Assembly (NCBI GenBank): GCA_048882505.1
Contig: JBHLRO010000022.1
Location: 1-32,000 of the forward strand
Origin: Candidatus Thorarchaeota archaeon
Lineage (GTDB): Archaea; Asgardarchaeota; Heimdallarchaeia; Hodarchaeales; Hodarchaeaceae
DNA length: 32,000 nucleotides
Direction: 5' to 3'
The notes under the pieces were generated by a model. It did not search any database, was not told the DNA's origin, and worked only from the letters and a program-made list of their open reading frames with translations. Numbering within the stretch: the first letter of the stretch is position 1; each line of letters opens with the position of its first letter. A program made the position numbers and the translations under genes. Positions 8,933-18,391 of this stretch are shown piece by piece.

Positions 8933-11524
8933 ATGGATACCAGCAGTTCAAGCGCTCATATTGCGAAAGAACGCTTCTATAATGCCCTAAGAGATCTCTT
9001 TATTGGGGCAGATGTTGAGGGGATTTCAGGTTACATACACTTCATGAAAATAAAATCTAGATATTTTGAAAATATATTTCGTAAGTTACACCAGGATATC
9101 GATAACAAGCTCATGGAATTTCCTGAATTTCAGGAAGAATTTTTTGATAAAATATACAGTTTTTTCAAGCGATATTTCAGTGAAACGGGATCGGTTTACT
9201 TTAGGCGAACACCCTTCGGCGAACAAGTCTTTGACCGTGTTTACACAGATCAAAAAGATGTATCATTATTCTGGAAAACCCATATGTTATACTATGTAAA
9301 AACCGATTTCATTCTAAAGAGTATGGAAGTAACCATTGATAATCAGACGTTCTTCTTCGATGTATCTGGTTTAGAATATAAGGAAGGTTGGGAAAAGCGT
9401 CATTTTGTGTATTCTTTACAAGATATTGATGAATATGGTCGGATAGTATTCAAGGTACAATATTCACGAAGGGGAAAAAAAACCAAAATAAACCCGATCT
9501 TGAAAGATCTGAAGGAAACCGAAGCTTTCGCCGGGGACGAAGAACTCTTGGAACGGGCGTTCCGAGTTTTCGAAAAGCAAAACGAAGTCGATTACTTCAT
9601 TAATAAAAATCCACGAAAATTTCTCCGTGAACAATTTAATCTCTGGTTATATCAGTATATGTTTGATGAAGGGACAAACTTCAGTGAAACAAGAATTAAA
9701 CAATTGAAGCTAATCCAATATGCTGTATATAGTATTATCGATTTTATTTCACAGTTTGAGGAAGAAGTGTTGAAGATATGGCGCAAACCAAAATTGTCAA
9801 TAAATAGCAATTATGTTATTACTCTGGATAGAATTATAGAGAAGAAAGGGGGCGCCAATGTTATCGGCATGATAGTTGGTCATTCAGGATTACACCGACA
9901 GTTGAATGAATGGAAAACTCTGGGCATAGTCTCGGATAAAACGCAGCCTGAGCATTTATTTCATAAAAGCGGCACAAAAATCCAGAATCGATATCGGTCC
10001 TTGCCACTTGATACACGATATTTCAAGGATTTAGAAGAATTAATCCTTTCTCTTTTTTCTAATGGACTGGATAGGGAATTAAATGGATGGCTCATTAAGT
10101 CTGAAAATTGGCAAGCTTTGAACACGGTCATAAATAAGTTTAGAAACAAGATAAAGTTGATATATATAGATCCTCCATTTAATACTGGAACAAACGAGTT
10201 TACTATGTATATAAATCGTTTTTTGGATTCGGCTTGGCTAACAATGATGGAAAACCGACTTCAACTTGCTAAAGAATTCCTACATCCCTCTGGAAGCATC
10301 TATGTTCGAATTGACCACCACGCAAATCATTACGTACGGATGCTCTTAGAAGATATATTTGGAAGTGATAACTTCCGAAACGAATTAATTATCAAACGAA
10401 CCGAAGGGAAAAGTAGGGTCGAGGGAAAAGCATTTTCAGTCGGAACTGAATCCTTGATGTTTTTTTCCAAAGGATCAGAAACCAAACTGAAAATCCCAGT
10501 AAAAAAGACTGATCTCAGCGTGCAAACGCAAGAGTTCCTTTCTCGATTGAAGAAGGTAGAACCAGAAGTTTATACTCATGTAAATGATCTGATAGATGAA
10601 ATTTTCTGGCTCGATCTTGATCATCGTCCTGGTTATCGATCAACGTCTACGGAAATTTCAGTGTTCGGTCAGAAGTTCAGGGCTCCTGAGGGGAGACATT
10701 GGCTTCTTAACCAGAAAAGGATTGACGAAGCAATAAAACAGGGACGTGTAAGACTCTCATGTGACTCATGCGGATCCAAGATTCAAAAGGATTCAGTTAA
10801 ACATGATGAATCATGTCGAAATCCCCAACACAAGGTCCAGATTTACTACGCTGAAGAAAGTGTCACCTCAAATTGGACTGATCTCCAAAGTTATGCACAG
10901 TCGAACTTTTGGGGAAAAAAGTTTTCTACAGAGAATGCAGAGGTTTTATTGCAGAGAATAATACAGGCCGCAACTGAATTAAAAGAGGATATCGTTCTTG
11001 ACTTTTTCCTCGGATCAGGAACGACCATCGCCGCAGCTCACAAATCTCAAAGAAAATGGATTGGGATTGAGATGGGAGAACATTTTTACGACATCATTCT
11101 TCCACGAATGAAGACGGTTCTTGCGGGTAAGCAATCTGGTATTTCACAAAGTGTAAAATGGAAGGGTGGTGGGTTTTTCAAGTACTTCGAGCTGGAGCAG
11201 TTCGAGCAAACGCTAAGAAAGGTGAAATACGAGGATAGTGATCCATTGGAAGCGTTCGGTGCTGATCTCTATTCCCAGTATATTTTCCTAAAGGATTTAA
11301 AACTCCTCAAAGCTCTGGAGATCGATTATAAGGCTAATAAGGTTCACATCAACTGGGATCGTTTATATGCAAACGTCGATATACCTGAAACACTATCACA
11401 TCTCTTGGGCCGTAAGATTAAGACTATTACCAAGACGGATTTCGAATTTGAAGATGGCTCAAAGTTTGATATAACAGAGCTCGATTACCAATTGGTAAAG
11501 CCGTTACTATGGTGGGAAGGATGA
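8933..11524 (+). CDS. mod: Type III RM Mod subunit (beta-class N6-adenine MTase) with long N-terminal extension
   Basis: LIYIDPPFNTG (motif IV) precedes the TRD and VLDFFLGSGTT (motif I). N-terminal FDKIYSFFKRYFSETG...LFWKTHMLYYVKTD resembles the long Mod proteins I recall from Helicobacter/Campylobacter-type loci. Abuts res (TGA-ATG). Confidence 0.88.
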   Translation: MDTSSSSAHIAKERFYNALRDLFIGADVEGISGYIHFMKIKSRYFENIFRKLHQDIDNKLMEFPEFQEEFFDKIYSFFKRYFSETGSVYFRRTPFGEQVFDRVYTDQKDVSLFWKTHMLYYVKTDFILKSMEVTIDNQTFFFDVSGLEYKEGWEKRHFVYSLQDIDEYGRIVFKVQYSRRGKKTKINPILKDLKETEAFAGDEELLERAFRVFEKQNEVDYFINKNPRKFLREQFNLWLYQYMFDEGTNFSETRIKQLKLIQYAVYSIIDFISQFEEEVLKIWRKPKLSINSNYVITLDRIIEKKGGANVIGMIVGHSGLHRQLNEWKTLGIVSDKTQPEHLFHKSGTKIQNRYRSLPLDTRYFKDLEELILSLFSNGLDRELNGWLIKSENWQALNTVINKFRNKIKLIYIDPPFNTGTNEFTMYINRFLDSAWLTMMENRLQLAKEFLHPSGSIYVRIDHHANHYVRMLLEDIFGSDNFRNELIIKRTEGKSRVEGKAFSVGTESLMFFSKGSETKLKIPVKKTDLSVQTQEFLSRLKKVEPEVYTHVNDLIDEIFWLDLDHRPGYRSTSTEISVFGQKFRAPEGRHWLLNQKRIDEAIKQGRVRLSCDSCGSKIQKDSVKHDESCRNPQHKVQIYYAEESVTSNWTDLQSYAQSNFWGKKFSTENAEVLLQRIIQAATELKEDIVLDFFLGSGTTIAAAHKSQRKWIGIEMGEHFYDIILPRMKTVLAGKQSGISQSVKWKGGGFFKYFELEQFEQTLRKVKYEDSDPLEAFGADLYSQYIFLKDLKLLKALEIDYKANKVHINWDRLYANVDIPETLSHLLGRKIKTITKTDFEFEDGSKFDITELDYQLVKPLLWWEG

Positions 11525-13699
11525 ATGGAACCGGTCAATCCCCTGTTACAAAAAATGGTGGAGAACTTAGATTTTGATACTCTCCCTTCTCACTGGCGCG
11601 CTATCTGCACGTCTTCCTTTTCCAAGCGTATAAGCCTGTATGGTTATCAGCTTCAGGCGCTTAAAAATATAATAAGGGGCTTATATTTGTTCTTCAAGAT
11701 CGACAGAGCTGATAAGAGCCAGTTTTATTATAGATACCTAGATTATGGGCTGACTCCAGATACTGAAAGTTGTCTCAATCTCCAGATTGCTACCTACGAC
11801 ATGGCCACCTCAAAAATCATTCAGGAATACCTCTCCCCGGTTCAAGGAGAAGTTCTGTTCCAACGAATTCTCCAACGAGCCGCATTTTGGATGGCAACAG
11901 GATCAGGTAAAACCCTTGTCATCATAAAACTAGTTGAAATCTTGAAAAATTTAATGGATATGGGAGAGATTCCGAAAAAAGATATTCTAATCTTAACACA
12001 CAGGGATGATTTACTCACCCAGATAGTGAATCACGTTAACGAGTTCAATACATCTTTAATGGAAAAGGGTTTTTCCATTGCTTTGATAAACCTACAAAAT
12101 TACGAGAAATTTAAAAGAGAGGGACTATCGCCATTTTTGGACACCGCGAGAGTATTTTATTATCGCTCTGATCTCATTGGTGATGATCAGAAGGAGAAAA
12201 TCGTAGATTTCAGAAATTATGATATCAACGGCAATTGGTACCTAATACTCGATGAGGCACATAAAGGAGATAAGAATGAATCCAAACGCCAACTTTACTA
12301 CTCCATACTATCACGAAATGGCTTCTTGTTTAATTTTTCTGCGACATTTGTGGATCCTCAAGACATAGTCACAACCGTTTACAATTTTAATCTTGAGAAA
12401 TTCATAACCCGAGGTTATGGAAAACACCTTTTGCTACTTCAGGATGAATCGGATATATTTCGGGAAAAATCTGACTTCAATACAAAGGAAAAGCAGAAAA
12501 TCGTCTTGAAGGCATTGATTCTTCTAACATACATTAAGAAGATAGTTATAAACATCACACAAATCCAGGAGGATACATATTGGGAACCGCTAATGCTAAC
12601 GCTGGTGAATACGGTTAACCTTTCCAGAAAACAGCGAAGGCCAGATTTGATCATGTTTTTCAAGGAAATAGAAGAAATAGCGAAGGGGGATGTAGATTCA
12701 ATCTTATATGGCAATGCTATCAATGAGTTAATTCGGACAGAGGAATCCCATTATCTTTTTGAAGATACGCGCCTCCAGATTGATTATCAACTAATTAAGA
12801 CGATTTCAATCCAAGACATATTATTCCATATATTTAATTCAACCGAATTCAGTGCAATCGAAGTAATCACAATTCCAGATAGTCGAAAGGAAGTAATATT
12901 CAAGCTAAAATCAACAGATAAACCTTTTGCGTTAATCAAAATTGGAGACGTAACCAAGTGGATAAAGGAAAACCTTCCTGGATATGAAATAATTGAAAGT
13001 TACGATGACAGGAGTATCTTCTCTGATATCGAAAATCGGAACGATATTAGCTTGCTAATGGGTTCTAGAGCATTCTATGAAGGGTGGGATTCAAATCGTC
13101 CTAATCTGATTATGTTTATAAATATTGGAAGGGGTATAGAGGCAAGAAAATTTGTAATGCAAAGTATTGGGCGGGGTGTTCGAGTAGAACCGATTATGGC
13201 TAAACGACGCCGATTAAAAAGCCTTTATGAGGTAAAAAAGGATAATAACCTATATCCACAAATGAAACACTTAATAGAACCTTTAGAAACTCTTTTCATT
13301 TTTGGGACTAATCGTGAAATTCTCAAACAAGTCTTTGAAACTCTAAAAATTGAAAAAAAACCGAAAAAAGTCCACGAACCCGAAGATGTGGATGTCAGCG
13401 CAGCTCCAAAAAGGAAAAAATCCAGAAAGAATGAGATTATACCCAGCAATTTAAGAAGGTTAGAGATCCCAGAATCTTATTTTCGGATCCTATCAGAGCT
13501 ATTTCAATCGTGTGATGATCGCATTCTAATTTCCATAAGCGGTCTATCTTTAAATTCCGTAGAAAAGATAAGACGCTACCTTAAAGAACCTTCCAAATAT
13601 TTCTTAAGAACGAGAGATCCGATAACTGACGTTCCTGCAAGAATGGTTATTAAAATCGTGGTCAACCATTTTCGTGAAGATTCAAACGATTTTCTTTAA
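11525..13699 (+). CDS. res: Type III RM Res-like SF2 helicase/ATPase, apparently lacking the C-terminal PD-(D/E)xK nuclease
   Basis: MATGSGKT (Walker A), LILDEAH, FSAT, YEGWD, QSIGRGVR are all present. Ends at 724 aa with no PDF...DPKG-type nuclease motif. Confidence 0.82.
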   Translation: MEPVNPLLQKMVENLDFDTLPSHWRAICTSSFSKRISLYGYQLQALKNIIRGLYLFFKIDRADKSQFYYRYLDYGLTPDTESCLNLQIATYDMATSKIIQEYLSPVQGEVLFQRILQRAAFWMATGSGKTLVIIKLVEILKNLMDMGEIPKKDILILTHRDDLLTQIVNHVNEFNTSLMEKGFSIALINLQNYEKFKREGLSPFLDTARVFYYRSDLIGDDQKEKIVDFRNYDINGNWYLILDEAHKGDKNESKRQLYYSILSRNGFLFNFSATFVDPQDIVTTVYNFNLEKFITRGYGKHLLLLQDESDIFREKSDFNTKEKQKIVLKALILLTYIKKIVINITQIQEDTYWEPLMLTLVNTVNLSRKQRRPDLIMFFKEIEEIAKGDVDSILYGNAINELIRTEESHYLFEDTRLQIDYQLIKTISIQDILFHIFNSTEFSAIEVITIPDSRKEVIFKLKSTDKPFALIKIGDVTKWIKENLPGYEIIESYDDRSIFSDIENRNDISLLMGSRAFYEGWDSNRPNLIMFINIGRGIEARKFVMQSIGRGVRVEPIMAKRRRLKSLYEVKKDNNLYPQMKHLIEPLETLFIFGTNREILKQVFETLKIEKKPKKVHEPEDVDVSAAPKRKKSRKNEIIPSNLRRLEIPESYFRILSELFQSCDDRILISISGLSLNSVEKIRRYLKEPSKYFLRTRDPITDVPARMVIKIVVNHFREDSNDFL

Positions 13700-13820
13700 A
13701 TCAGAACAACCTTACCCTAGGAGTTAGAACCGCTCTCGGTTTTATTAGAAAGGCAATGTATTTTACCTGTCATAAGATTAGTACGGGCTATCAATAGAAT
13801 TTAACTGGAATTGTTGTGAA

Positions 13821-15332
13821 TTGAGTATAGATGCATTTTATCAGCATTTAAACAAGGGTAATCTTAGCGAAGCAGATCGTATAGCTGCCATGCTCTACGG
13901 TGAAGAAAGAGATGAAGCAGAACTGGTAATGGATGTATATAAATTAAATAACTTTGGCCCAGGACCAGTGGCGCCTGTTGTAAATCGGATCCTCTCAGAA
14001 GGCCAGAATATTCCGCGTATCCATAGTATGGCCAGAATTGTATCAGCAGGAATTCTTTTTTGGCAAGCCAAATACGAAAAGGCCCAGGCGGAACTGGAAA
14101 TAGCCGAAAATTTGTTGAAAATGGCATCAACGACTTCAGAAAAGGCAACTCGGCATATAAGGGCGATCCTTCTTTTTTTTAAAGGAGCTATTCATCACGG
14201 CTTAATCGATAGTAATGATGATTTGGTTCTGAAAAATTACCAGAGGGCGCTGGAAATTTGTTTTGAGGAGGGATTTCCTTTAAAGATTCTAGTGGCTACT
14301 ATTTACAATAATATGTCCGTCTTTTATAAGAGAAAGGGAGATTGGCCGTTAGCAATAGAATATAATCAAAAAATTCTAGATCTCTGCGATAGGATCGGTA
14401 ATCGAGCAATTCAATTATATCCCCTAATTCAGTTAGGAATTATTCAGTTCGTTCAGGGCGAGCTAGCATTATCTCAAGAATTATTTCAAAAAGGATTACA
14501 TCTTTCTGAGCTATATCCTGATAAACGAGGAACTGCATGGGCTTTGGAGAATTTGGGCGCGGTTTATCAGAGTAAGGGGGAGTTCCAAAATGCTTTGGAT
14601 TGTTATCAACGGGCTCTTGAGTTGACTCAATCAATAAAACTTGCGGGAGGTGCTGATCTTTCAGCTATCTATTATAGGCTATTCCAACTTCATTTGGACA
14701 TGAAAAGTTCTAGCCAGGCACGAGAATATCTGAAAAAGCTGGAGGAGCAGAGTCAGATTGACCAAAGTCTAATTGCACAAATTCATTTTCAAATGGCAAA
14801 GGCCCTATTATTGAAAACCAGCCAGCGTTTCAAAGATAAAGCACAGGCGCAAGATCTTTTTAGAACCGTTATGGAGAACAAAGGAACGAGCGAAGGTATA
14901 AGGTTCCTGGCGATGCTGCATCTATGTGACTTACTATTACAAGAGGTAAAGGTTTCTGGTGAAGAAAAATTGCTTGTGGAGGCCCAAACGATAACGGACT
15001 ACGTCATCGAACAAGCACAAGTTTGGAAATTTGCTCCCGATCTTATTAACACCTTCATGTTGAAGGCAAAATTCCTTTTAGTTACCGGCGCTGCACAAGA
15101 AGCGTCTAATATACTTAAAGAGGCGCTTCAAATTGCCAAAGATAGGGCATTAATTTATCTAGCTGATCAGGTTAGAAAAGAACAGGAAAACCTGAAAGAT
15201 GAGCTTAAAAGGTGGAAGGAATTTACGGAACGGAATGCCTCCTTACAGGAACGCCTTGCTTTTGCTGAACTGGAGGATTATCTTCAAATGGCCATCAAAA
15301 TGCGTGATTTGAAGGCTGATCCTTCAAAATAG
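13821..15332 (+). CDS. Tetratricopeptide-repeat protein
   Basis: TPR units IYNNMSVFYKRKGDWPLAIEYNQKIL, LIQLGIIQFVQGELALSQELFQKGL, ALENLGAVYQSKGEFQNALDCYQRAL. Helical C-terminus. TTG start is uncertain. Confidence 0.88.
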   Translation: MSIDAFYQHLNKGNLSEADRIAAMLYGEERDEAELVMDVYKLNNFGPGPVAPVVNRILSEGQNIPRIHSMARIVSAGILFWQAKYEKAQAELEIAENLLKMASTTSEKATRHIRAILLFFKGAIHHGLIDSNDDLVLKNYQRALEICFEEGFPLKILVATIYNNMSVFYKRKGDWPLAIEYNQKILDLCDRIGNRAIQLYPLIQLGIIQFVQGELALSQELFQKGLHLSELYPDKRGTAWALENLGAVYQSKGEFQNALDCYQRALELTQSIKLAGGADLSAIYYRLFQLHLDMKSSSQAREYLKKLEEQSQIDQSLIAQIHFQMAKALLLKTSQRFKDKAQAQDLFRTVMENKGTSEGIRFLAMLHLCDLLLQEVKVSGEEKLLVEAQTITDYVIEQAQVWKFAPDLINTFMLKAKFLLVTGAAQEASNILKEALQIAKDRALIYLADQVRKEQENLKDELKRWKEFTERNASLQERLAFAELEDYLQMAIKMRDLKADPSK

Positions 15333-15383
15333 TGAACATCTTCCTATAAATCCTGTGAAAAAAGGAAAATTAATGCTTCAAGT

Positions 15384-17798
15384 CTATTCGTAAAGAATAG
15401 CGCGGCTCAGTTTTTGCAGGATTTCCATTTTTTGGTTCGTACTCCCTTTTCTTCTAACTTTGGAAACTTCTTTTACCAATAATCGGTGCAGCTCCAAGCT
15501 GGGATCATATTCGGGTAGCTTCAGATTCTTTAGTAACTTTGTCGTTGTGGAGGTACCCAATTTTTTTGCAGATACGAATCTCCGAACTGGAGGCGAATTG
15601 ACCAAGCCTGCAATAAAAAGCAATTCCTTTTTGCTCGAAAAAGAGGTGTACATTACCTTATTGTTGGGTACTAAAGGTTTTACCCCTAGGTAACTATCTC
15701 TTGTTGGTACAACAATAGAGCAACGAAATTCACCCATTTCAGGCCAAAATAACTTGTATGGAGAGAATAAATCGTTGTTAACGTTGTAGATTGAATAAAA
15801 AGGATCATCGGGCGTAAAGTATTTTTGTACCCCAGGCCGTCCACGTAGCTCCTGCTTAAACGTTTTTAGATAGGAATAGGTTGCGGGGTACTTCTTTCGC
15901 ATTGTAGCTACGTCGATCCCCCTCCTCGTAAACGGATTATTCGTCACGATTACGTGATAGTTATCTGTGGATCGGATATTCCATAATCCAATATCTCGGC
16001 CACGAACGAGCGGAAAAAGAAGATCAGGCTCAATCTTTGCCTGAACAATCTTTACTTTTTTCCTTCCTATATTGCCACGATTCTCAATCAATACATTTCC
16101 GTCCCCAGATCTTCCGAAAATCCGAACCCAAAACACACCGTTCAACCAAGTGCAAATACCTGCTTTACCTAAATACTTGGAATGGCCTCTCAACTTTTTT
16201 ATGAGTACAGGAACTTCTTCGTCAGAAAAAGGGTAAATTATCCACGGTGATTCCGGCCTTTCTCCTGAAGGTTCCGCTAAGAGTTTCATATTACTGATAG
16301 ATGCTCTAACGTGTTCTAATGTTTGTGTATTATCAGCCAGTTCAATTTTGTTATTCTTGCTCCAAATACGGTAATTTACTGGGTAAATAGTTCTTTTTCC
16401 TTTAGTACAATAAACGATAGCAGTTCGGGTTACGGCTTTGAAAGGTTTGAGACTGACCATATCGTCAACCAAATCGATGCTGAAATACTGTTCATTTCCT
16501 AAAGAAAATTCTCGAAATCCTTCCCCTGCCCTCATCGATTGGAACACATTTTGATTAATTAGAAAAATTAACTTCCCTTTCTTCCTAAGATAGAGATCAA
16601 TGCATCTATGAAGAAAAAGCATAGAAAGATCTTTTTTCCCTCCGCCAAGTCTCGCTTCCGAACCTCTTTTGATTGAAAACAGATTGTATTGTTTCCAGAG
16701 GTTGGATGTTTCAGTTCGATAATTTTTTGGCAGGTGTTCCCATCCTACCCATGGCGGGTTACCCAAAACATAGTCGAAACTACCCGCCAACCCTTTTAGT
16801 CGCGGATTTACAGCATCTGATAGGAAAATAGGAAGATTCTTTTTTTCTTCTCCGCATGGTATAATATCAGAAACCGCAATTAGATAGTTTGCTCGGGCGG
16901 TAGTTACAGCCATTGGGTTAATATCAATTCCAACGATCTTTTCTTGAATCAACTCAAATAGCTCTTCCTCCTTAGTAGATGCCCTAAGCTGCTTCTTCAG
17001 CTTATTTATTACATGAATAATAAATGTTCCGGAACCACACGACGGGTCTAGTACTCTGGTCTTCTCTCTGATCTCAACTTGATCAGTAATATATTCAGCA
17101 AGCCAATTGGGAGTATAATATTCACCAAGATCGTGCCGAATCCCTTTGGGTATCAGACTCTCATATAGTTCCCTAAATAGATCTAATGCTTCATAAGAGT
17201 CTGAACCTGCACATAATGGTCGATATTTATCCAAGGATTTAAGCATTTCAAAAATTTTATTCGCCAGGCCGCCTGACCATTCATCCGTAAACCACCAATA
17301 GAAGTTATCAGTTACCATGTCAACTAGATCTGAATATTCATTAATGTATCCAGCAGGTACACTTTCCAATTGTTCTCGCAATTCAGAGGGGTTTTTACCT
17401 AATAAATGACGTAAATATCCATGGTCATCCGAACTTCCTTTCCAAAAAACCACTTCGGACGCCAACAATGTCAGTATCAAAGAATAGTACGTATGAATAC
17501 AGAAAATGATTTCAGTACAGTTGAGATTTCTCTTTTCAAATCTCGTTGCCAGACTTAGCATACTTTTATTAGGGGATTGGAAATTATATCGGCAGAAACG
17601 GGTAAGGTGCTTTTTCCAAGCACTGAACCTTTTCAATGTACGTGTTTTAACAGGGTTCTCAATTGCTTGTAACAGACATGAAACCACATTTGTACAATTG
17701 GAGGATCCCAGCCCAAAATCATTGATAAGACTCAGTGAGGAATGGGGGTGTCGATCTGAAACGACCATAATTAAACAACATCGTACTGGTTTAATCAC
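15384..17798 (-). CDS. Gamma-class N6-adenine DNA methyltransferase (Eco57I/type IIG-like M+TRD) with no recognisable nuclease domain
   Basis: LGEYYTPNWLA (X), VLDPSCGSGTF (I), GIDINP (II), LGNPPW (IV) and a C-terminal TRD region. IHTYYSLI helical motif. GTG start overlaps the upstream TGA (GTGA at 17795-17798). Confidence 0.87.
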   Translation of the reverse strand: MIKPVRCCLIMVVSDRHPHSSLSLINDFGLGSSNCTNVVSCLLQAIENPVKTRTLKRFSAWKKHLTRFCRYNFQSPNKSMLSLATRFEKRNLNCTEIIFCIHTYYSLILTLLASEVVFWKGSSDDHGYLRHLLGKNPSELREQLESVPAGYINEYSDLVDMVTDNFYWWFTDEWSGGLANKIFEMLKSLDKYRPLCAGSDSYEALDLFRELYESLIPKGIRHDLGEYYTPNWLAEYITDQVEIREKTRVLDPSCGSGTFIIHVINKLKKQLRASTKEEELFELIQEKIVGIDINPMAVTTARANYLIAVSDIIPCGEEKKNLPIFLSDAVNPRLKGLAGSFDYVLGNPPWVGWEHLPKNYRTETSNLWKQYNLFSIKRGSEARLGGGKKDLSMLFLHRCIDLYLRKKGKLIFLINQNVFQSMRAGEGFREFSLGNEQYFSIDLVDDMVSLKPFKAVTRTAIVYCTKGKRTIYPVNYRIWSKNNKIELADNTQTLEHVRASISNMKLLAEPSGERPESPWIIYPFSDEEVPVLIKKLRGHSKYLGKAGICTWLNGVFWVRIFGRSGDGNVLIENRGNIGRKKVKIVQAKIEPDLLFPLVRGRDIGLWNIRSTDNYHVIVTNNPFTRRGIDVATMRKKYPATYSYLKTFKQELRGRPGVQKYFTPDDPFYSIYNVNNDLFSPYKLFWPEMGEFRCSIVVPTRDSYLGVKPLVPNNKVMYTSFSSKKELLFIAGLVNSPPVRRFVSAKKLGTSTTTKLLKNLKLPEYDPSLELHRLLVKEVSKVRRKGSTNQKMEILQKLSRAILYE

Positions 17799-18391
17799 GA
17801 GTTCTTTAAATACATGCAGAACGATTGATTACGTACTGGAAGCGGTAAGGCATGAAATTGGGAAGAATGGACAAGCCAAAGATCAAAATTTTTGAAAAGC
17901 TCCTTCCAATCATCTAATTTTCGAAAATTGAATGGGATGGGCATTTGAGCTGAAAACGTTCGGTTTTCAAGTAAATCGAAAAATTTTAGGAAGTAGTGCT
18001 CTAACCTATTAGTAAAGACATCTTCAACAATTATTAGCTTTTTTCTGCTGACTCGTATCATTTCTTCTAATATATTATTAACATTGGGACAATGATGAAG
18101 TACAAAAACACCTATGCATACATCAAACGAATTATCCGGAAATGGAATCGGTTCATTGCCATCATAAAGAACCAATGGGACACCTGGAACACGATATTTT
18201 GGGTATGCCAAGATATCCAAACCTTGGATCTCTACACCAGTTTTTTCTTGAATTCGAAGTGAAACATATCCATCCCCGTCGCCAACGCTCAACATCGACT
18301 CACCTGATTCCAAGAAAAACCGAATATGCTTTAAAATCTGGTTTGCTCTATAATTTCGAATTGGTTCCGCAATTTTTGTGAGTAGAGACAA
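17795..18391 (-). CDS. Class I SAM-dependent methyltransferase (Methyltransf_11-like, non-DNA type)
   Basis: MLSVGDGDG SAM loop, GLDI, IPFPDNSFDV, VLHHC...LEEMIRVSR. Confidence 0.87.
   Translation of the reverse strand: MSLLTKIAEPIRNYRANQILKHIRFFLESGESMLSVGDGDGYVSLRIQEKTGVEIQGLDILAYPKYRVPGVPLVLYDGNEPIPFPDNSFDVCIGVFVLHHCPNVNNILEEMIRVSRKKLIIVEDVFTNRLEHYFLKFFDLLENRTFSAQMPIPFNFRKLDDWKELFKNFDLWLVHSSQFHALPLPVRNQSFCMYLKNS

Noticed and set aside
13402-13430. NLS-like basic patch (PKRKKSRK) in Res, like the HtpG tail
   Set aside because: Short Lys/Arg runs are common in low-complexity linkers of AT-rich genomes. There is no evidence of targeting function.
13700-13820. Frameshifted continuation of res, or a terminator hairpin AACCG-CTCT-CGGTT at 13728-13741
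   Set aside because: 121 bp is too short to hold a nuclease domain, and the 5-bp stem is too weak to call a terminator.
7670-18391. Assignment of the island to BREX or DISARM
   Set aside because: No PglZ, BrxC, BrxL, DrmB (DUF1998), PLD or SNF2 components are recognisable. The helicase is Res-like.
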